From an uncultured Chloroflexia bacterium (GTDB lineage Bacteria; Chloroflexota; Limnocylindria; Limnocylindrales; CSP1-4), in assembly GCA_963746075.1 (NCBI GenBank), contig CAVUZY010000007.1, forward strand, positions 50,451 through 114,450: 64,000 nt of DNA, read 5' to 3'. The position numbers were made by a program, and so were the translations under genes. Below the pieces are notes generated by a model, which did not search any database, was not told the DNA's origin, and saw only the letters and a list, made by a program, of their open reading frames with translations. Below are positions 31,561 to 46,437 of this stretch, piece by piece. How positions within the stretch are numbered: the first letter of the stretch is position 1; each line of letters starts with the position of its first letter.

Positions 31561-32254
31561 GTGGCCGACTACGAAGAGATCGACCTTTCGGCGCTGAGCG
31601 ACGACGAGCTCGTCGAGCAGATGCACAACGACCTGTACGACGGCATGCGCGACGAGATCGTCGAGGGCACGAATCATCCTGCTCGGACGCGGCTTCAGCG
31701 CGACGAAGGTGCTGGACGACGCGCTGGTCGCGGGCATGAAGATCGTCGGCATCGACTTCCGCGACGGGATCCTGTTCGTCCCCGAGGTCCTCCTCGCCGC
31801 CAACGCGATGAAGGCCGGGATGGAGATCCTGCGGCCGCTCCTCGCCGAGACCGGCGCCGAGCCGGTCGGCAAGGTCGTCATCGGGACCGTCAAGGGCGAC
31901 ATCCACGACATCGGCAAGAACCTGGTCGGGATGATGCTCGAGGGGGCCGGCTTCGAGGTCGTCGACCTCGGGATCAACACCGACGCCGAGAAGTTCATCG
32001 CCGCGCTCGAGCTCCACAAGCCCGACATCCTCGGGATGAGCGCCCTCCTCACGACGACGATGCCGTACATGAAGGTCGTCATCCAGACCCTCAAGGACCG
32101 CGGGATGCGCGATGACTACATCGTCCTCGTCGGCGGCGCGCCGCTCAACGAGGAGTTCGGGCTGGCCGTCGGCGCCGACGCCTACTGCCGCGATGCCGGC
32201 GTCGCCGCCGAGACGGCCCGTCGCCTGATCGACGAGCGCCGTGCCGCCGCCTAA
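31561..32254 (+). CDS. Methyltransferase cognate corrinoid protein (MttC/MtgC-like), frameshift near 31680
   Basis: FVPEVLLAANAMKAG cap domain; GTVKGDIHDIGKNLV (DxHxxG), SALLTTT, VGGAP. Confidence 0.92.
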
Positions 32255-32374
32255 GCCGTCGCCCGGTCGAAGCGCCCGTGGTCCCAGCCGTGGACCAAGC
32301 GACGTCCGAGGCGGGGCGACACCGATCCCGGGGCGGCCGCCGCCGGTCGCGACGCGTCCGGCGGCCGGACGCAC

Positions 32375-33106
32375 GTGACGTCCGATCCAGCGATCCGAGT
32401 CAGCCGGTGCCGGCTCCGATCGTCGCCTGGTCCGTCGGGCGCGACCGCGATCGAGCCGGCGAACGCCGCCCGCGCCCTCGTGATCGGCTGCGGCGCGCTC
32501 GCCCGCGAGCTCCTCGAGGTGACCGACCCAGGTGCCGGGCCTCGACGTCGCCTGCCTGTCGCCCGACCTCCACAACCGCCCCGACGGGATCCCCGGCGCG
32601 GTCCGCGACCGGATCGCGACGGCCCGCCGCGACGGCTACGAGCAGATCTTCATCGCCTACGCCGACTGCGGGACGGGCGGCCTGCTCGAGCCGGTGCTGG
32701 CCGAGGCCGGCGTCGAGCGCCTGCCGGGCGCCCACTGCTACGAGGTCTTCGCCGGGTCGGCCGAGTTCGCCGCGCTGGCCGACGCCGAGCCGGGCACGTT
32801 CTGGCTGACCGACTTCCTCGCCCGCAACTTCGAGCGGCTCGTCATCCGCGGGCTCGGGATCGATCGTCATCCGGAGCTCCAGGCGACGTACTTCGCCCAC
32901 TACACCCGGGTCGTGTTCCTGTCCCAGACCGAGGACCCGGACCTGCTCGTGCTGGCCGCGCCGGGCCGCCGAGCGGCTCGGGCCTCGCGTTCGAGCATCG
33001 CCCGACGACCGTCGCCAACCTGGCCGCCCCGATCCTTGCCTTCGCCGCGCGCGCCGGCGCCACGATCGCGCCGAACCGACGGTCCGCGCCGCGTGGGGCC
33101 CACTGA
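32375..33106 (+). CDS. DUF1638 domain protein (two frameshifts)
   Basis: IGCGALARE, LHNRPD, YADCGTGG, GAHCYE, TFWLTDFLARNFE. Confidence 0.85.
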   Translation: MTSDPAIRVSRCRLRSSPGPSGATAIEPANAARALVIGCGALARELLEVTDPGAGPRRRLPVARPPQPPRRDPRRGPRPDRDGPPRRLRADLHRLRRLRDGRPARAGAGRGRRRAPAGRPLLRGLRRVGRVRRAGRRRAGHVLADRLPRPQLRAARHPRARDRSSSGAPGDVLRPLHPGRVPVPDRGPGPARAGRAGPPSGSGLAFEHRPTTVANLAAPILAFAARAGATIAPNRRSAPRGAH

Positions 33107-33558
33107 TGGCGTCCCTGACCGTCATCTGGTGGCGCGACATCCCGGCCCAGGTCCTCGCCCGCGAGGGGCGTCGGGCGAGCAAGGTCCAGCTCCATCCGCG
33201 CTTCCAGGTCGCGATCGACAAGGCCGCCAGCCGGGCCGGCAAGCGCACCTACAACGAGTACATCGAGGAGTGGCGCAAGGTCGCCCGCGCCTGCGGCGAC
33301 GACCTCGAGTCGGAGGTCAACGCCGAGGTCGAGCGGCTCGAGACGGAGTACGACAAGCACCGCCTCGCCGAGCTGATCCAGACCGGCGGCGTCGCCGGCG
33401 GCCCGATCTTCGCGCCGGCCCAGGACGAGACCCAGCGCGGCCCGCGCGAGGCCAACGCGGCCCATCCCGCGTCGGCGCCGGTCGATGGCGCCGCCTCGGC
33501 CCCGGTCGATGGCGCCGCCGAGCCCGCCGCCGCCCCCGCCGAGAGAGATCCTGCGTGA
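33106..33558 (+). CDS. 'Virulence factor' domain protein (PF13769-like), methyltransferase-cluster accessory
   Basis: VIWWRDIPAQV...LHPRFQVAIDKAA...YIEEWRK; low-complexity tail. Confidence 0.75.
   Translation: MASLTVIWWRDIPAQVLAREGRRASKVQLHPRFQVAIDKAASRAGKRTYNEYIEEWRKVARACGDDLESEVNAEVERLETEYDKHRLAELIQTGGVAGGPIFAPAQDETQRGPREANAAHPASAPVDGAASAPVDGAAEPAAAPAERDPA
33469..33516 (+). repeat. In-frame 24-bp tandem repeat encoding ASAPVDGA x2
   Basis: gcgtcggcgccggtcgatggcgcc followed by gcctcggccccggtcgatggcgcc. Confidence 0.8.
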
Positions 33559-34506
33559 CCTGGACCGTCGTCGGATCCGCCACCCGGGAGGTCGTCATCG
33601 GCGACGACCGGCCGTTCGTCGTCATCGGCGAGCGGATCAACCCGACCGGCCGGAAGCTCCTCGCCGAGGAGATGAAGAACGGCGACTTCAGCCGGGTCGA
33701 GCGCGACGTCATCGCCCAGGTCGAGGCCGGCGCCCACATGCTCGACGTCAACGCCGGGATCCCGCTCGCCGACGAGCCGGCGATCCTGGCGAAGACGATC
33801 CAGCTCGTCCAGTCGCTGACGGACCTGCCGCTGTCGATCGACTCATCGATCGTCGAGGCGCTCGAGGCCGGCCTCGCCGTCTACCAGGGCAAGGCCCTCG
33901 TCAACAGCGTCACCGGCGAGGACGAGCGGCTCGAGCGGGTCCTGCCGCTGGTGAAGAAGTACGGCGCGGCCGTCGTCGCGATCAGCAACGACGAGACCGG
34001 CATCAGCGAGGACCCGGACGTCCGGTTCGCGGTCGCGAAGCTGATCGTCGAGCGGGCGCTGCGACCACGGCATCCCGCGCGAGGACGTCATCGTCGACCC
34101 GCTGCTGATGCCGATCGGGGCGATGCCGACGGCCGGCCGCCAGGTGTTCCGGATCCTCGGCCGGCTGCGCGACGAGCTCCAGGTCAACTCGACGTGCGGC
34201 GCGAGCAACGTCAGCTTCGGCCTGCCGAACCGCGAGGGGATCAACGGCGCGTTCCTGGCGATGGCGATCGCGTCGGGCCTGACGTCGGCGATCACGAACC
34301 CGATCGCGGAGGGGGTCCGCAACGCGGTCATGGCCGCCGACGTGCTCCAGGGCAACGACCAGGACGCTGCCCGCTGGATCCGGACGCATCGGGTCGGTCC
34401 GGCCGACGGCGACGTCGGCGGGCGCCGGATCAACCGGCGCCGATCCGGCGGCGAGCCGCCGCAGCGGATCGCCGGAACCGAGGCCGCCGCCACGGCCGGC
34501 GGCTGA
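33555..34506 (+). CDS. Pterin-binding methyltetrahydrofolate:corrinoid methyltransferase (MtqA/AcsE-like), frameshift near 34060
   Basis: VIGERINPTGRK, LDVNAG, LSIDSS, ALVNSVTGE, VIVDPL, CGASNVSFGLPNR. Confidence 0.9.
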
Positions 34507-34524
34507 CCTCGCGAAGGCGCCGCG

Positions 34525-36573
34525 ATGGCCGTCGAGCCGCTCGTCATCTTCACGCCGTCCGGCCGGCGCGGCCGGTTCGAGACGGGGACGACCGTCCTCG
34601 ACGCCGCCCGCCGGCTCGGCGTCGACATCGACTCGGTCTGCGGCGGCCGCGGGATCTGCGGCCGCTGCCAGGTCGAGCAGAGCGTCGGCGAGTTCGCCAA
34701 GCACGGGATCACGTCGCGCGCCGGACCACCTCACCCCGTTCGGCCCGGTCGAGGTCGAGTATCGCGAGCGCAAGGGCCTCGCCCAGGAGCGGCGGCTCGG
34801 CTGCGTCGCCCACGTCCAGGGCGACGTCGTCATCGACGTCCCGCCGGAGAGCCAGGTCTACCGCCAGGTCGTCCGCAAGGGCCTCGACGTCCGCGACTTC
34901 CACCTCGATCCCGTCGTCCGGCTCCACTACGTCGAGGTCGAGCCGCCCGAGCTGGCCTCGCCGTCGGGCGACCTCCATCCGCCTGCTGGAGTCGCTGGCC
35001 CGCGAGTGGGATCTCCACGACCTCGAGGCCGACCTCCACGTCATCCGGGCGCTCCAGCCGGCGCTCGAGGCGGGCAAGTACGGCGTGACCGTCGCGGTCC
35101 ACGGCCGGCAAGACGATCACCGCCGTCTGGCCCGGGCTCCACGACCAGGTCTACGGCGTCGCGATCGACATCGGCTCGACGACGATCGCCGGCCACCTCG
35201 CGAACCTCGCCGACGGGGCGGTGCTCGCCAGCGCCGGCGTGATGAACCCGCAGATCCGGTTCGGCGAGGACCTGATGAGCCGGGTCAGGTACGCGATGAT
35301 GAACGACGCCGGGGCGGGCGAGATGACCGCGGCCGTGCGCCAGGCGCTCAACGGCCTCCTCGCCCAGCTCGCGAACCGCGGCGGGATCAAGCGCGACGCG
35401 ATCCTCGAGCTGGCGATGGTCGGCAACCCGATCATGCACCACCTCCTGCTCGGCATCGACCCGATCCCGCTCGGGTCGGCGCCGTTCGCGCTGGCCACGG
35501 ACCGGGCGCTCACGATCCGGGCCGACGAGCTGGACCTGCTCACCCATCCCGGCGCCCGGGTCTACGTCCTGCCGTGCATCGCGGGTCACGTCGGCGCCGA
35601 CACGGCCGGCGTGATCCTGGCCGAGGCGCCTCACGAGTCCGAGGTCGTCGAGCTCGTCGTCGACGTCGGCACGAACGCCGAGATCGTGCTCGGCAACAAG
35701 CACTACCTGCTCGCCGCCTCGTCGCCGACCGGGCCGGCCTTCGAGGGCGCCCAGATCTCGTGCGGCCAGCGCGCCGCGCCCGGCGCGATCGAGCGCGTCC
35801 GGATCGACCGGGCGACGCTGGAGCCGCGCTTCCGGGTGATCGGCTCCGAGCTCTGGTCGGACGATCCGGGCTTCGCCGCGGCGACCGCCGAGACCGGCAT
35901 CACCGGCATCTGCGGCTCCGGGATCGTCGAGGTCATCGCCGAGCTGTTCCTGGCCGGCGTGATCACCCCCGACGGGATCGTCGACGGCGCGCTCGCCGCC
36001 CGGACGCCGCGGATCGTCCCGGAGGGGCGGACGTTCAGCTACGTCGTCCACGACGGCGGCGACGGGCGCCTCCGGATCACCGTCACCCAGAACGACGTCC
36101 GGGCGATCCAGCTCGCAAAGGCCGCCCTGTACGCGGGCGTGCGGCTGCTGATGGATCACGCCGGGATCGACGCCGTCGACGAGGTCCGGCTCGCCGGCGC
36201 GTTCGGCAGCCAGATCGACCCGTTCCACGCGATGGTCCTCGGGCTCATCCCGGACGCGCCGCTCGACCACGTCAAGGGCGCGGGCAACGCCGCCGGCACG
36301 GGCGCCCTGATCGCCCTGCTGAGCGCGGCCGCCCGGACCGAGATCGAGGGCGTCGTGCGGCGGGTCGAGAAGATCGAGACCGCGGTCGAGCCGCGCTTCC
36401 AGGAGCATTTCGTCGAGGCGATGGCCTTCCCCCACCGGACGGCGCCGTCGACCCACCTGTCGCAGGTCACGGAGCTGCCGCAGCGCGGCGCCGGGCCGGC
36501 GGGTGGGGCACGGCCCGACGGCGGCGGACGGCGACGACGGGTGGTGGCATCCGCCGCGAAGGAGGACCGATGA
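34525..36573 (+). CDS. ASKHA/DUF4445 ATP-dependent corrinoid reductive activator (RACE/RamA-like) with N-terminal 2Fe-2S domain; about three frameshifts
   Basis: CGGRGICGRC, IDIGSTT, NPQIRFGEDLMSR, VDVGTNAE, SPTGPAFEG, GICGSG, QLAKAA, LAGAFG, GNAAGTGA. Confidence 0.9.
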
Positions 36574-38118
36574 CCGTCGATGAGTCCCCCGCCAGCGGAC
36601 CGGCGGTCGCGCCGGCCGGCAGGCCGCCCGCGCCCGGACCCACATCGCCCGCGAGCCGTTCCTGACCCGCGCTCTCGAGCCGTTCGAGGTCCTCAACGAG
36701 GAGGGCCTGTCGCTCATCGAGCAGAACGCCGACACGATCCTCGAGGAGGTCGGGCTCGAGTTCCGCGGCGACGCGGACGCCCTCCGCCTGTTCCGCGACG
36801 CCGGCGCGGACGTCCAGGGCGAGCGCGTCCGCTTCCCGCGCGGGATGGCCCGCCAGATCGTCCAGGCGACCGCCCCGCGCCAGTTCACCCAGGTCGCCCG
36901 CAACCCCGACAACAACGTCGAGATCGGCGGCCGCCACACGGTCCTCGCCCCGAACTACGGCTCGCCGTTCGTCCGCGACCTCGACAACGGCCGGCGCTAC
37001 GGCACGATCGAGGACTTCCGCAACTTCGTGAAGCTGGCCTACCTCAGCCCGCACCTCCACCACAGCGGCGGGACCGTCTGCGAGCCGGTCGACGTGCCGG
37101 TCAACAAGCGCCACCTCGACATGGTCTATTCGCACATCCGCTACAGCGACAAGCCGTTCATGGGCTCGGTCACCGCTCCGGAGCGGGCGCGCGACACGGT
37201 CGAGATGGCCCGGATCCTGTTCGGCGCCGAGTTCCTCGAGACGAACATCGCGGTCGCTCTCGCTGATCAACGCGAACTCGCCCGCTCGTGTGGGACGCGA
37301 CGATGCTCGGCGCCGCGCGGGCCTACGCCGAGGCCAACCAGGCAACGCTGCTCACGCCGTTCATCCTGGCCGGCGCGATGTCGCCGGTCACCGTCGCCGG
37401 CGACCGCGGCCCAGACGCTGGCCGAGGCGCTCGGCGGGATGGCGTTCGTCCAGCTGATCCGGCCGGGCGCGCCGGTCGTGCTCGGGAGCTTCGCGTCGTC
37501 GATGTCGATGCAGTCGGGCGCGCCGACGTTCGGGACGCCCGAGCCGGCGCTCGTCCTGTACGTCATGGCGTCGCTGGCCCGCCGGCTCGGCGTCCCGTTC
37601 CGCTCCGGCGGCAACCTCTGCGCCTCGAAGATCGCCGACGCGCAGGCCGCCTACGAGTCGGCCGCGACGCTTCGGCCCGACGATCCTCGGCGGCGTCAAC
37701 TTCGTCCTCCACGCCGCGGGCTGGCTGGAAGGCGGCCTCGCGGTCGGCTACGAGAAGTTCATCCTCGACGCCGACCAGTGCGGCATGGCCGCGGTCTTCG
37801 TCAAGGGCGTCGACCTGTCCGAGAACGGCCAGGCGCTCGACGCGATCGTGTCGAACACGCCCGGCCAGCACTACCTCGGCACCGCCCACACGCTGGCCAA
37901 CTTCGAGAACGCGTTCTACCGCTCCGAGATGGCCGACAACAACAGCTTCGAGCAGTGGCAGGAGGACGGCTCGCTCGACGCCGCCCAGCGGGCCAACGGG
38001 ATCTGGAAGCGGATGCTCCGCGAGTACGAGGCGCCGCCGCTCGACGAAGGGATCGACGAGGCGCTCAACGAGTTCATCGACGAAGCGCAAGGCGTCGATG
38101 CCGGACTCCGAGGTCTAG
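36570..38118 (+). CDS. mttB: Trimethylamine methyltransferase (MttB) superfamily, non-pyrrolysine; probable glycine betaine:corrinoid methyltransferase (MtgB-like); about four frameshifts
   Basis: FTQVARNP, VCEPVDVP, TPFILAGAMSPVT, GAPTFGTPE, PFRSGGNLCASKIADAQAAYES, LHAAGWLEGGL, YEKFILD. Confidence 0.9.
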
Positions 38119-38128
38119 GCCGGCGGTC

Positions 38129-39008
38129 ATGCTGTTCCGTCGTCGCTCGTCTCTGGCACCGCCCGCGCGGGACGCGCTGGCGCACGTCCTCCGGTCTCCG
38201 ACCTTCGAGCTCGTGCCGCTGAAGAACGCCCTGGACCAGGCGGCGTTCCTGCCGGCGGGAGCCACGGTCTCGGTCACGGCCTCGCCGGCCAAGGGGATCG
38301 AGGCGACGATCGCCCTGTGCGAGCAGCTCCAGGGCCGTGGGTTCCGGGCGGTGCCCCACCTCTCGGCCCGGATGGTCCGCGACCGCGCACCACCTGGCCG
38401 ATCTCATCGCGTGGCTCGAGGGCGCCGGCGTCGACCGGGCGTTCGTCGTCGGCGGCGACGCCAAGGAGCCCGGCGACTACCCGGACGGCCTGTCGCTGCT
38501 CCGCGACATGGCCGAGATCGGGCATCCGCTGTCCGAGATCGGAATCCCGTGCTATCCGCAGGGCCATGCGTTCATCGCCGACGGGCCGCTGCTCGAGGCG
38601 CTCAACGCGAAGGCGGCGTTCGCGAGCTACATGACGACCCAGCTTTGCTTCGACCCGGGGGCGATCGCGACGTGGATCGCGGCGCGCCGAGCCGAGGGGC
38701 TGGAGCTGCCGATCCACGTCGGCGTGCCCGGCGTCGCCGAGCCGCACAAGCTCCTGGCGATCAGCGCCCGGATCGGCGTCGCCGACACGCACCGGTTCCT
38801 GACGAAGAACCTGCGGTTCGTCGCGCGGCTCGTCCGCTCCGGCGGCTTCTACCGGCCCGATGCGCTGCTGGAAGGGCTCGCCCCGCACCTCACCGATCCG
38901 ACGGCCGGCATCGTCGACCTCCACATGTACACGTTCAACGCGGTCGACACGTTCGAGGCCTGGCGGCGGTCCTACCTCGCGAACCTGCTGCGGGCCGTCC
39001 CCGCCTGA
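38129..39008 (+). CDS. Methylenetetrahydrofolate reductase (short MetF-like), frameshift near 38385
   Basis: VSVTASPAKG, VPHLSARMV, FVVGGD, CYPQGH, TQLCFD, GLHMYTFN-like HMYTFN. Confidence 0.85.
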
Positions 39009-39082
39009 GACCTGCTCGTCCGCCGCCCCGCGCTTGCTCATTCGGGCTCGCTCGGGCACGATGCGCGGACAACTGAAGACGA

Positions 39083-39185
39083 CTTATCCAGAGTGGCGGA
39101 GGGACCGGCCCGTTGAAGCCACGACAACCTACCGGCGTCGCGCCGGCAAGGTGCCAATTCCGGGCAGGTTCTCCTGCACGATAAG
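39083..39185 (+). ncRNA. SAM-I (S-box) riboswitch aptamer
   Basis: CTTATCCAGAG...GGAGGGACCGGCCC...GAAGCC...CAACC...GGTGCCAATTCC...GCAG...CTGC..GATAAG; P1 CTTATC/GATAAG; located upstream of yitJ-metH. Confidence 0.95.
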
Positions 39186-39198
39186 GGACCGCTCCTCG

Positions 39199-39229
39199 GA
39201 CCCTTCCGGCAGGAAGGGTCTTCTCGTTT
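39199..39229 (+). terminator. Riboswitch expression-platform terminator
   Basis: gacccttcc-ggca-ggaagggtc stem followed by ttctcgttt. Confidence 0.8.
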
Positions 39230-39331
39230 CCGGTCTCGATCGCCCGATCCACCGGCCGCGCGGCGCTGACGCCGGGCGACATCGAGGAGCGAGATCTTGC
39301 CGAGCGAATCCCTCGGGACGCTGAACGCCTG

Positions 39332-41293
39332 ATGACCGACGCCTCGGCCGGCCTGCCGCGGCCCCGCTTCCGCGCCCGCCTGGCGGCTCGGCCGCTCCTG
39401 GTCGACGGCGGCATGGGCACGCTCCTGTTCAGCCGCGGCGTGCCCCAGCGAGCCTGTCTCGAGGAGCTCGTCGTGCGTCAGCCGGAGCTGGTCGGCGCCG
39501 CGCATCGCGAGTACCTGGCGGCCGGGGCAGAGCTCATCGAGACCCTGTCGTTCGGCGCCAACCGACATCGACTCGCGGCCTGGGGCCTCGAAGGCAACGT
39601 CGGCGACCTCAATCGGCGGGCGGCCCGCCTGGCCCGCGAGGCCCGCGAGGTGAGCGGGCGCGAGGCGCTGGTCGGCGGATCCGTCGGACCGCTCGGATCG
39701 CCGGCGCGCGGGATGCCGGCGATGTCGGAGGCCATGATCCGGGCGGTCTTCCGGGAGCAGATCGACGCGCTTCTCGAGGGTGGCAGCGACCTGATCGTCC
39801 TCGAGACGTTCTCGGACCTCCGTCAGCTTGTCCTCGCGGTCGACGAGGCCCGTCTGGCATCGGACGTGCCGGTTGTCGCCTCCCTCACGTTCGGGGAGGA
39901 GCTGCGGCTTGCCGACGGCAGCAGCGCGACGGACGCCGCCGATGCCCTCGCGGCGGCCGGGGCGGACGCGATCGGGGTCAATTGCGGAGCGGGGCCGGTC
40001 GCCTGCCTCGACGCGCTCGAAGCCATGGGCGCGCCGGCCGCCGACGCCCCGGCCCGCTCGATCATGCCGAACGCCGGCCTGCCGCAGCGGCTCGATGGCC
40101 GCTTCGTCTACGCCGCCAGCCCGGCCTACTTCGGGACGGTGACGCCGCGCTTCCTGGCCGCCGGGGCGGGGATCGTCGGTGGCTGCTGCGGGACGACCCC
40201 GGAGCACATCGCCGCGATGCGAAGCGCGCTGGATGCGCTCGCCGCGGCCGGTGCAACGATCGACGATCCGGCGAGCGTCCAGAACCCGGCGACAGCGGTG
40301 GCCGAAGGTCGATCCGGGCCATCGCTGGTCGAACGGCTGTCCGTCGGTGCCGGCGACGACGCGCCGCCGCCGACCCGGCTCGCCGAGCTCCTTGCGGCGA
40401 GCCGCTTCGTCGATCTCCGTCGAGATCGACCCGCCCCGGAGCATCCGGATCGACCGCACGATCGAAGCCGCCCGGCTGCTGCGTGACGCGGGCGTGGACG
40501 TCGTCAACGTGTCGGACTCGGCGATGGCGCGCGTCCGGATGAGTGCGCTGTCGGTCGCCTTCGCGATCCAGCACGACCTCGACCTCGAGTGCCTGGTCCA
40601 CTGCACCACGCGTGACCGGAACCTGATGGCGCTCGAGTCGGAGCTGCTCGGGGCACATGCGCTCGGCGTCCGGAACATCATCGCCCTGACCGGCGATCCG
40701 CCACGGATCGGCGACTACCCGACGGGGACCGGGGTCTGGGATGTCGATTCGATCGGCCTGATCGAGATTCTCGGCCGGCTGAACCGGGCCGAGGATCCGT
40801 CCGGCTCGTCGATCGGCCAGCGCGCCGGCTTCACGATCGCCTGCGCCCTCGATTCGACGGCCGCCGACGCCGCGACCGAATGGGACCGGCTCGAGCGCAA
40901 GCTCGCCGCCGGCGCCCACCTGATCATGACCCAGCCGCTGTACTCGATCGAGCAGGTCGAGGCCATGCTGGAGGAGGCCCACCGGCGGTTCGGCCCGGCC
41001 GGCTTCCCCGTCCCGCTCCTGCTCGGCGTGCTTCCCCTGGTCTCGACGCGCCACGCCGAGTTCCTCCACAACGAGGTCCCCGGCATCACGATCCCCGACG
41101 AGTCGCGGGCTGCGATGCGGGCGGCCGGCGAGCGCGGATCGGAGGTCGGGATCGAGATGGCCGATCGCCTCCTCGCGGCCACGGAGGGCGAGGTTGCCGG
41201 GACCTACGTCATGCCGAGCTTCGGGCGGTACGAGCAATGCGCCGAGCTCGTCCGCCGGATCCGGGCGCGGCATCCGGCCGTGGCGGTCGCGTC

Positions 41294-41297
<4 letters not shown>
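39332..41297 (+). CDS. yitJ: Bifunctional homocysteine S-methyltransferase / methylenetetrahydrofolate reductase, frameshift near 40410
   Basis: [33 protein letters not shown]; then [30 protein letters not shown]. Confidence 0.9.
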
Positions 41298-45131
<3,834 letters not shown>

Positions 45132-45149
45132 GCGGCTATCCTCGGCGCC

Positions 45150-46433
45150 ATGACCAAGGTTGACCGTGCCGCCCTGTCCGTCTTCGAGGCTCCCGATCCG
45201 GAGGCCGCCGACAGCGCCCCGCCCGGAAGCGCCGACCTGCTCGCCGCCGCCGAGGCGATCCACGTCGACGTCGTCGCCATCCGGCGTCGCATCCATCGGT
45301 GGCCAGAGATCGGGCTCGACCTGCCGAAGACCCAGGCGGTCGTTCTCGAGGAGCTGACGAAGCTGGGCATCGAGGGCCGGAAGGGCGCCGCGCTGAGCTC
45401 GGTCGTGGCGGTCGTCACCGGCGCCCGGCCGGGCCCGACCATCCTCCTCCGGGCCGACATGGATGCCCTCCCGCTCCGCGAGGACACAGGGCTTGACTTC
45501 GCCTCGGAGACCGATGGCGCGATGCACGCCTGCGGCCACGACACCCACGTGGCGATGCTGCTCGGTGCGGCGCGCCTGCTCCAGGAACGCCGCGGGGACC
45601 TGCCGGGCAACGTGATCCTGATGTTCCAGCCCGGGGAGGAAGGGCTCGGCGGGGCAAAGACGATGATTGAGGAAGGGCTGCTGGACGCGGCGACCGCCGT
45701 CGGTGGCGCCCGTCCGACCGGCGCGCTCGCCCTCCACATCTCGACGAGCTACGGCACTGGCGAGGTTCACGTCCGGCCCGGACCCGAGATGGCCGCAACC
45801 GACGTCATCCGGATCACCGTCCGAGGTCGCGGCGGTCACGCGTCCGAGCCGCATCTCGCCCTGGACCCGGTGGTCGTCGCGGCCGAGATCGTGCTCGCCC
45901 TCCAGGCCATGGTCACCCGCCGGATCAACGTCTTCGACCCGGCCGTCGTCACGATCGCCCAGATCACCGCCGGGACGACGAACAACATCATTCCCGAGTC
46001 GGTGTTCCTGTTCGGGACGATCCGGTCGGTCTCGGAGGCAACTCGGGCGGAGGTCCGGGCCGGCGTCCGGCGGGTCGCGGAGGGGATCGCCGCCGCCCAC
46101 GACGCGATCGCCGAGGTCGACCTCGAGCCGGGCTACCCGATCACCATCAACGACCCGGCGTTCACCGCGTTCGTCATGGACACGGCGCGTGGGCTGGTCG
46201 GCGACGATGCGGTGGTCGAGATGCCGGCCCCGATCATGGGCGCCGAGGACTTCTCGTACGTCACCCAGCAGGTGCCCGGCGCGCTGGCGTTCCTCGGTGG
46301 GCGGCCGGCGAGCGACGATCCGGTGACCGGGCCGCACAACCACTCGAACCTCGTCGTGTTCGACGAGACGGCGATGACCGTCGGGGTCGCGCTGTACACG
46401 GCGGTCGCGATCCGCCACCTGACACGAGGCTGA
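45150..46433 (+). CDS. M20 family amidohydrolase (hippurate hydrolase-like)
   Basis: LRADMDAL, MHACGHDTH, FQPGEEG, GAEDF. Confidence 0.92.
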   Translation: MTKVDRAALSVFEAPDPEAADSAPPGSADLLAAAEAIHVDVVAIRRRIHRWPEIGLDLPKTQAVVLEELTKLGIEGRKGAALSSVVAVVTGARPGPTILLRADMDALPLREDTGLDFASETDGAMHACGHDTHVAMLLGAARLLQERRGDLPGNVILMFQPGEEGLGGAKTMIEEGLLDAATAVGGARPTGALALHISTSYGTGEVHVRPGPEMAATDVIRITVRGRGGHASEPHLALDPVVVAAEIVLALQAMVTRRINVFDPAVVTIAQITAGTTNNIIPESVFLFGTIRSVSEATRAEVRAGVRRVAEGIAAAHDAIAEVDLEPGYPITINDPAFTAFVMDTARGLVGDDAVVEMPAPIMGAEDFSYVTQQVPGALAFLGGRPASDDPVTGPHNHSNLVVFDETAMTVGVALYTAVAIRHLTRG

Positions 46434-46437
46434 CCGA

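Noticed and set aside
33106-33558. A pathogenicity role for the 'virulence factor' domain protein
   Set aside because: The name is a family label only; its context is a corrinoid methyl-transfer operon.
37560-37660. Pyrrolysine-containing MttB
   Set aside because: The region corresponding to the Pyl site reads RSGGNLCASK with no in-frame TAG, and no pyl genes are present.
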